Below are positions 41,798 through 51,960 of a stretch of DNA of 64,000 nt, piece by piece. The notes beneath the pieces were generated by a model. It saw nothing but the letters and a program-made list of their open reading frames with translations, ran no database searches and was not told the origin of the DNA. This stretch comes from Candidatus Nanopelagicales bacterium (GTDB lineage Bacteria; Actinomycetota; Actinomycetes; S36-B12; GCA-2699445), in assembly GCA_046330625.1 (NCBI GenBank), contig JAXLSJ010000007.1, forward strand, positions 50,362-114,361, in the 5' to 3' direction. Every line of letters begins with the position of its first letter. The first letter of the stretch is position 1. The translations under genes were made by a program, and so were the position numbers.

Positions 41798-44644
41798 GTG
41801 ACACGCGCCCTGTACCTCATCGCCACGTGGTGCGCGCGGCACGCCAAGCTGGTCCTGGGCCTGTGGATCGTGGCGCTGCTGATGTTCAACATCTTGAACA
41901 ACCGGTTGCCGGCGGCGGGGGTGCAGGAGATCAATCTCGAAGGCACCGACTCCGCGGTCGGCCAGACCTTGCTGTCGCGGGCCTTCACGGGCGCCTCGAC
42001 CGGTGCCCAGCCGGTGGTCATGGGCTGCCAGACCGATCTCGACACCGGCTCCGGGGCGACCATCGTCGCCAACACCCGGGACCAGCTGAAGCAGGTCCCC
42101 GGGGTCCTGTCGGTGACCGGACCAGCCCAGCAGGAGGACCTGCTGTCGGCCGACAAGCAGATCGCGATCCTGCAGGTCCAGGTCGCCGACGCCCAGTTGG
42201 GCGAGAAGAGCACAGCCCAGGACATCCTGACCACCGCCACGGAAGCGGCGCCCGAGTGCGAGGTGGCGGTCGGCGGAACCATGGGACAGCTGCTGTCGAG
42301 CGGCGAGTCCACCGCCAGTGAAGGGCTGGGCCTGCTCGCAGCCGTGATCGTCCTGATGTTCGCGCTGCGGCGGTTCGCCGCCGCGTCCGTGCCGCTGATC
42401 AACGCCATCATGAGCGTCGGCATCGGTTCGGCGATCGTCGGGCTGCTCGGACGTCTGGTGTACATCCCCGACGCAGCTCCCATCCTCGGCACCATGCTGG
42501 GTCTTGGGGTGGGGATCGACTACGCGCTGTTCCTCGTCGTGCGGCACCGCACGATGCTGCGCAAGGGGTTCGAGGTCGAGGACTCCATCGGGCGGACGGC
42601 CGGCACCGCCGGTGCCGGCATGGTCTTCGCAGGCACGACCCTGATCCTGGCCGTCAGCGGTCTGGCCCTGACCCGCATCTCGTTCCTGGCCTGGCTGGGA
42701 TATGCGGCGGCCGTCGTGGTGGCCGTGGCCGTGCTCGCGTCGCTCACCCTCGTCCCTGCCCTCTTCAGCCTGATGAAGTACCGCGTCATGCCGAAGAAGG
42801 ACCGCACCAAACACCACAACGACGACAGCCATCTCGACGAGGGAATGTGGGCGAGGATCGCCGATGCGGTGACCACCAAACCCTGGCGGTTCGCGATCGG
42901 CGCGACCCTGGTGCTCCTGATCATGGCGTTCCCGGTGACCAAGATGGAGTTCGGCCAGATGGACTCGTCGTTCCTCCCGACGACGTCGACCGGGTACCAG
43001 GCCAACCAACTGATCACCGAAGGATTCGGCGCCGGGTACAACGGCCCGCTGGCCGTCGTGGTCCAGATGAACAAACCCGCCAAGGCGCCCAAGGACGTGA
43101 AGCTGGAGTCCGGGACGGATCCCCGCACCGAGGACCCCCGGCTCACCTCGCTCGAGGAAGCACTCAAGGACACGCCGGGCATCCAGAACGTCGGCGACGC
43201 CATCGTGAGCCCGGACGGCGGCGTGGCCGTCATCCAGGTGACCCCCACCACCGGCCCCGGCGACCCCGCGACCCAGGTCCTGGTCACGACTCTGCGCGAA
43301 GAGGTCCTGCCCGCCGCGACGACCGGCGAGTCGATGGACGCGCACGTTGCCGGCATGACCGCGATCATGATGGACCTCTCGGTCCAGATCGGGGCCAGCC
43401 TGCCGATCTTCATCGGCGGTGTCGTGCTGCTGTCGGCGTTCCTGCTGCTGCTGGCCTACCGCTCGCTGGTCATCCCGGTGAAGGCCGCGGTCATGAACCT
43501 GTTGTCCATCTGTGCCGCCTACGGGGTGGTCGTGATGGTCTTCCAGTACGGCTGGGGGGCGGAACTGATCGGGATGGACCGGCTGGTGCCCATCGAGACG
43601 TATGTCCCGATGATCATGTTCGCGGTCCTTTTCGGCCTGTCCATGGACTACGAGGTGTTCCTGCTCACCGCGTTCCAGGAGCACTGGGCCAAGACCGGGG
43701 ACATGGTCGTCTCGGTGCGTCGCGGCCTGGCGGACACCGGAGCGGTGGTCACGTCGGCAGCCGCGATCATGTGCGTGGTGTTCTCGTCGTTCATCTTCCT
43801 GGCCCCCGACGCCATCGCGAAGCTGTTCGGCGTCGGGCTCGCCACGGCCGTGTTCGTCGACGCCTCGATCGTGCGCTGTCTGCTGGTGCCTGCGCTGATG
43901 GTGCTAGCCGCCTCCATCACCTGGTGGCTGCCCAAGTGGCTCGACAAGGCGCTGCCGCACCTGCACATCGAAGGCGACCCCGACTCGCTGGAGTCGATCC
44001 ACACCCCGCCGGCCGACCACACCCCCCACACCGTGGCCGAGGCCACCACTCCCGCCACCGGGGTGCTCCCCGTCGCCTTGGGGGCTGCGGTGGGCTGGAT
44101 CGTCGGGTCCCGGGTGGCACCCGTGGACCAGTCGGTGCCCTACGCCACGATCGCCGTGGCTGTCTCGGCCGTGGTGGGAGGGCTCATCGTGTGGCTGCCC
44201 CGCGGCACGCCGGGTGCAGGATTCCGGCCGGGCACGCGCATCATCGCCTTCCTCGGCGGCGCCATGGGGGTGGCGATCCTGTACGCCCTGATCCGCGCCC
44301 TCATCCCCTACACCAAGCAGAATCCGGGCGTGATGGCTGCCTGGGCACTGCTGGTCATCGTCATCGTGGGGGCCTTCACCAAGCTGCGCCGTTACGGCTT
44401 GCCGTTCATCCTGGGTGGCATCGTGATGGCTGTGACGATCGCGGTGTCAGGAGTCGGGGACACGGGGCTGGGCACGTTGATGCAGTTGGCCATCGTCCCG
44501 GCCTTCATCGCCGGGCTCGTGGCCCTCGCCATCGAGCGGCTGGTGTTCCTCCTCCGTGACGACTCCCCGCCACCGGGGGAACCGCCGGAACCGCCCGAGC
44601 CCGACGACGCCGACTCCCCCCAGCTCACGGGAGTGGGGTCGTGA
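41798..44644 (+). CDS. MMPL (RND superfamily) transporter with an extra C-terminal 6-TM extension
   Basis: GTG start. Two 6-TM bundles with periplasmic domains. The canonical MMPL end WWLPKWLDKALPHL lies near codon 720, followed by about 220 further residues with six hydrophobic helices and a PPPGEPPEPPEPDD tail. Confidence 0.85.
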   Translation: MTRALYLIATWCARHAKLVLGLWIVALLMFNILNNRLPAAGVQEINLEGTDSAVGQTLLSRAFTGASTGAQPVVMGCQTDLDTGSGATIVANTRDQLKQVPGVLSVTGPAQQEDLLSADKQIAILQVQVADAQLGEKSTAQDILTTATEAAPECEVAVGGTMGQLLSSGESTASEGLGLLAAVIVLMFALRRFAAASVPLINAIMSVGIGSAIVGLLGRLVYIPDAAPILGTMLGLGVGIDYALFLVVRHRTMLRKGFEVEDSIGRTAGTAGAGMVFAGTTLILAVSGLALTRISFLAWLGYAAAVVVAVAVLASLTLVPALFSLMKYRVMPKKDRTKHHNDDSHLDEGMWARIADAVTTKPWRFAIGATLVLLIMAFPVTKMEFGQMDSSFLPTTSTGYQANQLITEGFGAGYNGPLAVVVQMNKPAKAPKDVKLESGTDPRTEDPRLTSLEEALKDTPGIQNVGDAIVSPDGGVAVIQVTPTTGPGDPATQVLVTTLREEVLPAATTGESMDAHVAGMTAIMMDLSVQIGASLPIFIGGVVLLSAFLLLLAYRSLVIPVKAAVMNLLSICAAYGVVVMVFQYGWGAELIGMDRLVPIETYVPMIMFAVLFGLSMDYEVFLLTAFQEHWAKTGDMVVSVRRGLADTGAVVTSAAAIMCVVFSSFIFLAPDAIAKLFGVGLATAVFVDASIVRCLLVPALMVLAASITWWLPKWLDKALPHLHIEGDPDSLESIHTPPADHTPHTVAEATTPATGVLPVALGAAVGWIVGSRVAPVDQSVPYATIAVAVSAVVGGLIVWLPRGTPGAGFRPGTRIIAFLGGAMGVAILYALIRALIPYTKQNPGVMAAWALLVIVIVGAFTKLRRYGLPFILGGIVMAVTIAVSGVGDTGLGTLMQLAIVPAFIAGLVALAIERLVFLLRDDSPPPGEPPEPPEPDDADSPQLTGVGS

Positions 44645-47067
44645 ACCGCAGTCCGCTGATCGCCACCGGCGCCGTGGTGCTGACCGTCGCCGGGCTCCCC
44701 GGGGTGGCGGCTGCCGCCGGTCCCGATCAGGTGGCCGCCGATGCCGCACTCCGGAGCGTCCGGTTCCCCCGCGAGGCCCCCATGCTGCGTCAGGACTCCG
44801 ATCTGGTGAACGACGAGATCGTGATCGCCCAGCTGGATCCCCTCGGCCTGCCCATCGACGCCGACCTGATCAGCCGGATCAGCAGTCGTCCCGGCGAGGA
44901 GCGCACGGTCGAGGATCCGACCGCGACCACCAACGTCGTCTACCTCAACCAGCGGGGCCAACCGGTGGTCAACAGTTCGGGCGACGCGATCGAACTGACC
45001 GTGGGGGGGCCCAACCCGTCCACGGTGCTGACCCAGGGCCAGGTGGACAAGCCCCTGTCCGTGGCGCTGCACGCGGAGTACCGCCTCAACGGGGAGGTGG
45101 TCGACCCCGAGGTCATCGTCGGTGCGTCCGGCGACATCTTCGTGACCTACACCGTGACGAACACCGACGTGAAGAAGCAGAAGATCACCTACACCGACGC
45201 CAACGGCAAGGAGTACTCCGAGAAGCAGCCGGTCTTCGCGCCGTTCGTCGGCACCCTCATGGCGACGCTGCCACCCGACATGCAGCTCACCGACAGCCGC
45301 GACGCCGTGGTGAGCACCGACAAGGAGGGCAACACGATCCTGATGTGGAATCTCGTGTTGTACCCCCCGATGGGCAACTACGAGCAGCGGGTCTCCTTCC
45401 GGGCCACCACTACCAACGGGTCCGTTCCCGCCACCGTGCTCAACGTGGTCCCGGTGGACCCCAACACCGACCCGTCGGTCAAGTTCACCACCGACCTGTT
45501 CCAGCAGACCGTCGACGGTAACGAGCAACTGGCGTCCGGACTGGAGCAGCTGAACAACCAGACCTCGCAGTTGGCGCAGGGGGCCGCACAACTCGCCGGG
45601 GGCATCGGTCAACTGGCCGACGGCACCCAGCAGGTGTCGTCGGGCGTGAGCAGTGGCCTGGTGCCCGGCACCCAGCAGCTGGCGCAGGGCGCAGCCCAGT
45701 TGGCCGCGGGCCAGCAGGAACTCGCCACGGCCCTGGGTGGGGCCGCCTCGGGCGCCGACCAGCTGGCCTCGGGCGGTCAGCAACTGGCGACGGGGCTGAC
45801 GAGCCTGTCCGACGGCCTCGATCAGTACTCGCAGAACTTCCCGCAGATCGTCGACGGCACCCAGAAACTGCGTGACGGTGCCGAACTCCTGGCCAAGGTC
45901 GTCGGGTCCCCCACCGACAAACCGTTGCCGACACCGACCCCGTCGCTGCCCCCGGGACCGACGCCCATCCCCACCCCCAGCGGAACCCCGATCTTCCCCA
46001 CCCCGACGCCGTCGCCGACCAGGACCCCGACCCTCATCCAGGCGATGGATGCCGCCACGAAGGGCGCCCAGCAACTGGCTGACCAGACGGTGATCCTCAA
46101 CAACAACCTCTACCGCGCGCTGCAACTGCTCAAGACCCAGAACCAGAAGTCGGCACAGGTGACCGATTCCGCCGACTCGGCAAGCACCCAGGCACAGGCC
46201 GCCTACGACCAGTTGTGTGTCGTGCCCGCCACCCCGGGGTGCTCGGACCTGCAGGCTGCCCTCGACGACCTTGACGACACCATCACGTCATCGCAGAACG
46301 TCACCGACGCCTTGACCCAGATCGTCGGGACCGAGTCGGTCGAGAGTATGCGGGCCTATGGGATCGCCCAAGGTTCGCATGAACTGGTGCAGGCCATGCA
46401 GCTCATCCTGGGCGGCCTGAAACTGGTCGGCGCGGGACTGGACAACGACACCACCAAGAGCATGGTTCCGGCCCTTGACCAACTCGTGTCCGGGCTGGAG
46501 CAGGCGGACAGCGCCGCCGAGCAACTCGCGTCCGGCGCCGGCCAGGCCGCCACGGGCGCCGATCAGCTGTCCACGGGCACGGACCAATTGGCGGGTGGAC
46601 TCGGACAGGCCGCCGGCGGGGCGGACCAGCTGGCCCAAGGCGGCGCCGGTCTGGCGCAGGGGGCGCAGGCGTTGTCCTTCGGCACCGAACAGGTCGCGTC
46701 GGCCCTGACCCAGTTGGCGTCCGGCGCCGACCAGGCCGCATCCGGGGCGAACGAGTTCGCCAGTGGCCTGACCATGTTCCAGACCAAGGGCACCCAGAAG
46801 ATCTACGAGAGCGTGGCCGAGTCGAGCAGCAAGCCGGGTCTGGCGACCGCCTACCTGGAAGCCGCGTCGGCCCGCGCCAAGACCGCACTCCCCTATGGCC
46901 TGCCCGACGGGGCCACCGGCAGCGTTGCCTACGTCATGACCATGGAGGGCGTGTCCCCCTCCGGAGCCTCGATCCCCTGGGAGCTGGGCGGCATCGGCCT
47001 GATCCTGGTCGCTGGCGGCGCGGGTGCGGTGCTCAAGAACCTGGCCAACCAGCGCCGCGCCAAGTAG
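44641..47067 (+). CDS. exported heptad-repeat (xxxLxxG, YhgE/Pip-like) surface protein with C-terminal TM anchor
   Basis: GTGA overlap with the MMPL stop. Signal peptide. Beta-rich N-domain. Two blocks of QLAxGxxQLAxG heptads separated by a Pro/Thr linker (PTPTPSLPPGPTPIPTPSGTPIFPTPTPSPT). C-terminal GGIGLILVAGGAGAVL-KNLANQRRAK. Confidence 0.65.
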   Translation: MNRSPLIATGAVVLTVAGLPGVAAAAGPDQVAADAALRSVRFPREAPMLRQDSDLVNDEIVIAQLDPLGLPIDADLISRISSRPGEERTVEDPTATTNVVYLNQRGQPVVNSSGDAIELTVGGPNPSTVLTQGQVDKPLSVALHAEYRLNGEVVDPEVIVGASGDIFVTYTVTNTDVKKQKITYTDANGKEYSEKQPVFAPFVGTLMATLPPDMQLTDSRDAVVSTDKEGNTILMWNLVLYPPMGNYEQRVSFRATTTNGSVPATVLNVVPVDPNTDPSVKFTTDLFQQTVDGNEQLASGLEQLNNQTSQLAQGAAQLAGGIGQLADGTQQVSSGVSSGLVPGTQQLAQGAAQLAAGQQELATALGGAASGADQLASGGQQLATGLTSLSDGLDQYSQNFPQIVDGTQKLRDGAELLAKVVGSPTDKPLPTPTPSLPPGPTPIPTPSGTPIFPTPTPSPTRTPTLIQAMDAATKGAQQLADQTVILNNNLYRALQLLKTQNQKSAQVTDSADSASTQAQAAYDQLCVVPATPGCSDLQAALDDLDDTITSSQNVTDALTQIVGTESVESMRAYGIAQGSHELVQAMQLILGGLKLVGAGLDNDTTKSMVPALDQLVSGLEQADSAAEQLASGAGQAATGADQLSTGTDQLAGGLGQAAGGADQLAQGGAGLAQGAQALSFGTEQVASALTQLASGADQAASGANEFASGLTMFQTKGTQKIYESVAESSSKPGLATAYLEAASARAKTALPYGLPDGATGSVAYVMTMEGVSPSGASIPWELGGIGLILVAGGAGAVLKNLANQRRAK

Positions 47068-47083
47068 CCCGGATCGGGCCGGG
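47068..47083. terminator. small hairpin between convergent genes
   Basis: CCCGG-ATCGGG-CCGGG in the 18-nt gap between the stops at 47067 and 47086. Confidence 0.25.
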
Positions 47084-47085
47084 AC

Positions 47086-48777
47086 TCAGTCGCAGACGGC
47101 ACCGCGGGAGGCCGAACCCACCAGTCGTGCGTATTTCGCGAGCACTCCGCGGGAGTACCGCGGCGGCAACGGCTCCCAGCCGTCGCGGCGACGCTGCAGT
47201 TCGTCGTCGGGCACGAGCAGCTCGAGGGTGCGGTCGTTCAGGTCGATGGCCACCCGGTCGCCGTCGCGGACCAGGGCGATCGGTCCCCCATCGACGGCTT
47301 CGGGTGCCACATGGCCCACGCACAACCCGGTGGTCCCGCCAGAGAACCGGCCATCGGTGATCAGCAGGACGTCCTTGCCCAGTCCGGCGCCCTTGATCGC
47401 ACCCGTGATCATGAGCATCTCGCGCATGCCGGGGCCACCCTTGGGTCCCTCGTAGCGGATCACCACGACGTCGCCCGCCTGGATCGTGCCGTCCTCGAGT
47501 GCGGCCATCGCGGCCTGTTCGCGCTCGAACACCCGGGCTGTGCCCTCGAAATGCTCGACGGGGACACCGGCGTTCTTCACGACGGCACCCTCGGGACAGA
47601 GTGAGCCCGACAGCACGGTGATCCCGCCGGAGGGGCCCAGCGCGTTCTCGGCCGCGTGCAGGATGACGCCGTCGGGGTCGGGCGGTTCGATGTCGGCCAG
47701 GTTCTCGGCGACGGTGTTCCCGGTGACGGTCAGACAGTCGCCGTTCAGCAGTCCGGCGTCGAGCAATGCCTTCATGACCACGGGCACCCCACCGACGCGG
47801 TCGACGTCGCTCATCACGTAGCGGCCGAAGGGCTTGAGGTCGGCGAGCAACGGGACCCGCGAGCCGATGCGATGGAAGTCCTCCATGTCCAGCGGCACCT
47901 CGGCCTCATGCGCCATGGCCAGCAGGTGCAGCACGGCGTTGGTGGACCCGCCGAAAGCCATGAGCACGGTGATGGCGTTCTCGAACGCCTCGCGGGTCAT
48001 GATCTGCCGCGCGGTGATGCCCTGCTGGAGCAGGTTCACCACGGCCTCGCCGGAACGCCGGGCGTACCCGTCGCGACGGCGATCCGTCGCGGGCGGCGCC
48101 GCCGAGCCGGGCAGGGACATGCCGATCGCCTCGCCGATGCTGGCCATCGTGTTGGCGGTGTACATGCCGCCGCATGCGCCCTCGCCGGGGCAGATCGCCC
48201 GCTCGATGCGGTCGACGTCCTCGCGGGACATCAGACCTCGGGCGCAGGCGCCCACGGCCTCGAAGGCATCGATGATCGTGACGTCGCGCTCGGACCCGTC
48301 CGACAGCGTCACGTGTCCGGGCAGGATCGAGCCGGCGTAGACGAACACACTGGCGACGTCGAGCCGGGCCGCGGCCATCATCATCCCCGGCAGGGACTTG
48401 TCACAGCCGGCGAAGGTCACCATCCCGTCGAGCCGTTCGGCCTCCATGACCGTCTCGACCGAGTCGGCGATGATCTCGCGGCTCACCAGCGAGAAATGCA
48501 TGCCCTCGTGCCCCATGGAGATGCCGTCGGACACCGAGATCGTGGCGAACTCCAAGGGGTAGCCACCGGCCGCGTGGACCCCTTCCTTGGCCGCCTGCGC
48601 GAGGCGCTGCAGCGACAGGTTGCACGGGGTGATCTCGTTCCACGACGAGGCCACCCCGACCTGCGGCTTGGAGAAGTCGGCGTCCCCCATGCCCACCGCC
48701 CGCAGCATGCCGCGGGCAGGTGCCCGCTCCAATCCGTCGGTCACCTGACGACTGCGGGGTTTGATGTCGGGAGTCAT
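47086..48777 (-). CDS. ilvD: dihydroxy-acid dehydratase
   Basis: Internal ATG 48777 gives [30 protein letters not shown]...[12 protein letters not shown]... Confidence 0.94.
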   Translation of the reverse strand: MTPDIKPRSRQVTDGLERAPARGMLRAVGMGDADFSKPQVGVASSWNEITPCNLSLQRLAQAAKEGVHAAGGYPLEFATISVSDGISMGHEGMHFSLVSREIIADSVETVMEAERLDGMVTFAGCDKSLPGMMMAAARLDVASVFVYAGSILPGHVTLSDGSERDVTIIDAFEAVGACARGLMSREDVDRIERAICPGEGACGGMYTANTMASIGEAIGMSLPGSAAPPATDRRRDGYARRSGEAVVNLLQQGITARQIMTREAFENAITVLMAFGGSTNAVLHLLAMAHEAEVPLDMEDFHRIGSRVPLLADLKPFGRYVMSDVDRVGGVPVVMKALLDAGLLNGDCLTVTGNTVAENLADIEPPDPDGVILHAAENALGPSGGITVLSGSLCPEGAVVKNAGVPVEHFEGTARVFEREQAAMAALEDGTIQAGDVVVIRYEGPKGGPGMREMLMITGAIKGAGLGKDVLLITDGRFSGGTTGLCVGHVAPEAVDGGPIALVRDGDRVAIDLNDRTLELLVPDDELQRRRDGWEPLPPRYSRGVLAKYARLVGSASRGAVCD

Positions 48778-48835
48778 GGGTTCAGGGTAGAGGCCGTCGA
48801 TCCCCGGCCTGCCGCCGCGGGCGAGGCCGCGTGAC

Positions 48836-49669
48836 ATGGTGGAGTCGGAATGTGACACTTCACGGGTGTCACGCTCCCGCCGACCAGGACCGGTCCTGGC
48901 CCTCCTGGCCGCACTCCCGCTGCTGCTGACCGCCTGTGCATCGGGGACCGCCCAGGAATCGGCGACGAGGAGCGGGCAGGACGCGCGTGCCGCGGCGACG
49001 CCATCGGCCCCCCGCACCGCGACTGCTTCGCCCGACGAGTCCCCGTCCGCCTCGCCTTCGGTCACGGTCGATCCTGACGCCAAGGTCATCTACCTGACGT
49101 TCGACGACGGCCCGTGGGTGCCCTACACCCAGCAGATCCTCGACGTTCTGGCCAAGTACGACGCCCAGGCGACGTTCTTCATGGTCGGCGAGATGGCGGC
49201 ACAGCACAAAGCCCTGATCCGGAAGGTCCACGACGCCGGGCACGCGATCGGCAACCACACGTGGGATCACTCGAACCTCACGACCCTGTCCGACGCCGAG
49301 ATCCTGAGTCAGATGCAGCGCACCCAGCGGGTTCTCGACTCCACCGCCGCCGGCCCGGTGATGGGTGCCTGCATGCGGCCGCCCTACGGCGCGACGAACG
49401 ATCACATCCGCGCACTGCTGGCAAAGGCCGGCTACCACACCTACCTGTGGGACTTCTGGGCCGAGGACTGGAACCAACCACCGATCCCACAGTTCCTCGA
49501 CTCGCTGGAGACGGCGACGAAGGACGGGTCGAACATCCTGCTGCACGACGGCGGCGGCGACCGGCCGAACACGGTCGAAGCGGTCCGGATCATGCTTCCC
49601 CGCTGGATCAAGAAGGGCTACACCTTCCGTGCCCTGCCGGCGTGCGCCAAGCCCTTCGCGGGCGGATAA
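48836..49669 (+). CDS. polysaccharide deacetylase (NodB) family lipoprotein
   Basis: Lipobox LLLTAC. NodB motifs YLTFDDGP and [10 protein letters not shown]. Confidence 0.82.
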   Translation: MVESECDTSRVSRSRRPGPVLALLAALPLLLTACASGTAQESATRSGQDARAAATPSAPRTATASPDESPSASPSVTVDPDAKVIYLTFDDGPWVPYTQQILDVLAKYDAQATFFMVGEMAAQHKALIRKVHDAGHAIGNHTWDHSNLTTLSDAEILSQMQRTQRVLDSTAAGPVMGACMRPPYGATNDHIRALLAKAGYHTYLWDFWAEDWNQPPIPQFLDSLETATKDGSNILLHDGGGDRPNTVEAVRIMLPRWIKKGYTFRALPACAKPFAGG

Positions 49670-49767
49670 GGGTTCCCACGATCGCCCACAGGGACAGAGG
49701 CATCATCACCTCCACATCTTGTTCGGAGCGCATCGGACAGACCGGCTGTCGAGCCGACGCTGGCCGC

Positions 49768-50733
49768 ATGAGAGTCCCTGACCTGTGGGTCCCACCAGCG
49801 ACCCCGTTCACCGCTGGTGACGTCGGCCGGTCTGCCCATGTCTTGGCCCGCGCAGTCGCGGATGGCCGGGTGGTGCGGTTGCGAAATGGCGTGTTCATCG
49901 CTGCCGACGCGATGCCGACCGACCCCACCGATCGGCATCTGCTGCTCGGCCTCGCCCATCAGCGCACCTGCCCTCACCTGGTGGCGAGCCACGGCACCGC
50001 CGCGCTGGCCCACGGATTGCTGGTGCCACGGCGAGTCGACGTGACGGCGGCGCCCCCGCGCTTCATCGCGGCTACCAATGCTGCACGACGGAGCCTCACC
50101 CGACCCCGGGTGGCTGTCCGGCCACTGCCCGTCAGGGATGTGGTCAGCACGAGCGAGGACCTACGCGTCACGTCGGTGGCCCGCTCAGCGGTGGATGTGG
50201 CATCCGAACACGACCTGGCCGGAGCGCTGGTGGTTCTGGACAGCGCCGCCCGGGGCATCGCGCTCCAACTCAGCAGGGGTCGATGGCTGCGGGCGGTGCC
50301 CGACCGGGTGCTGCAGGCGTGCCGTGAGCCGTTGACCGCGGCACTCGACTCAGTGCCGCGGCTCACCCGGAGCAAGGTGCGACTCGCCATCGCGTGGACG
50401 GACCCCCGCCGTGAGTCAGCCACGGAGTCGATGTCGGCCGCAGCATTCATCACCGCAGGCCTACCGCCACCGAACCTGCAGCACCCGCTCAACACCGATG
50501 CCGGCGTCTACTACGGCGACTTCGCGTGGCCGGAGTTCGGAGTCGTCGGGGAGGCGGATGGGTTGACCAAGTACGACAGCGCCGAGGTCGCCCGGGAACG
50601 CCGTCGTCAGCGGGCCATCGAGGACGTCGGGTGGCGGGTCGAGCGGTGGCTCTACGAGGAGGTCGCCACCAGACCCGAGGCTGTGGCTGCCAGGGTGGCG
50701 CAGGCACTGCGGGAACGGGGTTGGCCCGGATGA
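49768..50733 (+). CDS. hypothetical protein (C-terminus resembles DUF559/Vsr-like endonuclease-fold proteins common in actinobacteria)
   Basis: ATG 49768 inside track ORF 49114..50733. C-terminal GDFAWPEFGVVGEADGLTKYDS...RRQRAIEDVGWRVERW. The upstream part of the track ORF overlaps the deacetylase out of frame. Confidence 0.5.
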   Translation: MRVPDLWVPPATPFTAGDVGRSAHVLARAVADGRVVRLRNGVFIAADAMPTDPTDRHLLLGLAHQRTCPHLVASHGTAALAHGLLVPRRVDVTAAPPRFIAATNAARRSLTRPRVAVRPLPVRDVVSTSEDLRVTSVARSAVDVASEHDLAGALVVLDSAARGIALQLSRGRWLRAVPDRVLQACREPLTAALDSVPRLTRSKVRLAIAWTDPRRESATESMSAAAFITAGLPPPNLQHPLNTDAGVYYGDFAWPEFGVVGEADGLTKYDSAEVARERRRQRAIEDVGWRVERWLYEEVATRPEAVAARVAQALRERGWPG

Positions 50734-50967
50734 ACTCGGGAGACGCGCATGAACATGTCGCAATGGAGCCTGGCGGGAGTCGCGTTCGCCGACGCGCACG
50801 AAAGAGTGTCGTTATGGACGCCGGATGGGGCGCTATTACGACATGAATCAACGCACCTCATCAAGGAGGTCCCGCGACGGCCCTGAAAATGGCGTGAATG
50901 TGCGCGCGCAGGCCCGCCACCTCACTGGCTCGTCAGCGGAGCGTCACACAGCGTTTACCCTTGTGGG

Positions 50968-51960
50968 ATGCACGAGGAGTTCGACCTCATCGCCGGCGAC
51001 GGAACCCGCTTGACGGCGTGGCGCAATCGCACGGTGGAGGGTCCCCCGGTCCTGGTCTGCAACGGCATGGGGGTGCCCCCCGAGGCGTGGCCGCGGTTGC
51101 TCAGGGACGACTGCCAGTACTCGGTGGCCGGCTGGAACCACCGGGGAGCCCTCGGCTCCGACCGGCCCGCTGACCCGTCGAAGATCGACATCACCGACCA
51201 CGCCGAGGACGCCGTCGCGCTCATGGATGCGATGGGGTGGGATCAGGCCGTGATCGTCGCCTGGTCGCTGGGGGTCAACGTGGCCTTCGAGCTGGCCGCC
51301 CGCCATCCGGAGCGCGTGGCCGGGCTGCTGTCCGTGGCCGGAGTGCCCGGCGGCACCTTCGACACGCTCTTCGCCCCCCAGCTGGTCCCCCGACCGCTGC
51401 GCCGCCCGATGGGGGTCACCGTGGCCCGGGCCGGTCGCGCCTTCGGCGGCCAGTTGAACGTACTGGCCCGCACGGTTCCCACGGGCCGACCGTTCGCCGA
51501 GTGGCTGCGCCACACCGGATTCATCCTGCCCTTCGCCGACCCCAACGACATCTCCGCGTGGGCGACCTCGATGAAGCAGCAGGACTTCCGCTGGTACTTC
51601 GAACTCGCGCTCGCCCTGTCCCGCCACGACTACGTCGACCCGTCGTTCGTGCGCTGCCCGGTCACGATCGTGTCCGGAGCCATCGACATGCTCACCTCGC
51701 AGGCCGATGTCCTCAAGTACGCCGAGCAGATCCCCCACGCCGAGGTCCACAGCCTGCCGGGCACCCACTGCCTGCCGCTGGAATTCCCCGACAAGATCAT
51801 GGACATGCTGGCCGACCTCTATGCCCGGGCGGAATGGGAGGCCACCCTGGCCGAGGCCCGCGCCGAGGCCGGCATCGGCGACGCCGATGGCGAGTACTAC
51901 GAGGATCTGACTCTCGACGACGAGGTGCTCGACCTGCGGGACCCCGACTTCGTGCGCTGA
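50968..51960 (+). CDS. alpha/beta hydrolase
   Basis: VLVCNGMGVPPEAW and nucleophile elbow VAWSLGV (G/A-x-S-x-G type). Confidence 0.78.
   Translation: MHEEFDLIAGDGTRLTAWRNRTVEGPPVLVCNGMGVPPEAWPRLLRDDCQYSVAGWNHRGALGSDRPADPSKIDITDHAEDAVALMDAMGWDQAVIVAWSLGVNVAFELAARHPERVAGLLSVAGVPGGTFDTLFAPQLVPRPLRRPMGVTVARAGRAFGGQLNVLARTVPTGRPFAEWLRHTGFILPFADPNDISAWATSMKQQDFRWYFELALALSRHDYVDPSFVRCPVTIVSGAIDMLTSQADVLKYAEQIPHAEVHSLPGTHCLPLEFPDKIMDMLADLYARAEWEATLAEARAEAGIGDADGEYYEDLTLDDEVLDLRDPDFVR

Noticed and set aside
39115-42321. 1068-aa ORF on the plus strand, the longest in the track
   Set aside because: It lies antisense to ilvB/ilvN, whose products are unmistakable. Its translation is Arg/Gly/Pro/His-rich and low complexity with no motifs, a typical high-GC shadow frame. 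Only the DUF998 gene (41099..41743, a different frame) and the MMPL gene are real in this span.
41036-43684. 882-aa minus-strand ORF
   Set aside because: It is antisense to the MMPL transporter. Its composition is dominated by R, G, H, D and Q runs, and it has no recognisable domain.
45500-46800. Periodic repetitive DNA that might suggest a CRISPR or other repeat array
   Set aside because: The periodicity is 21 nt and in frame. It corresponds to the xxxLxxG heptad repeats of a continuous ORF. There is no repeat-spacer structure and no cas genes.
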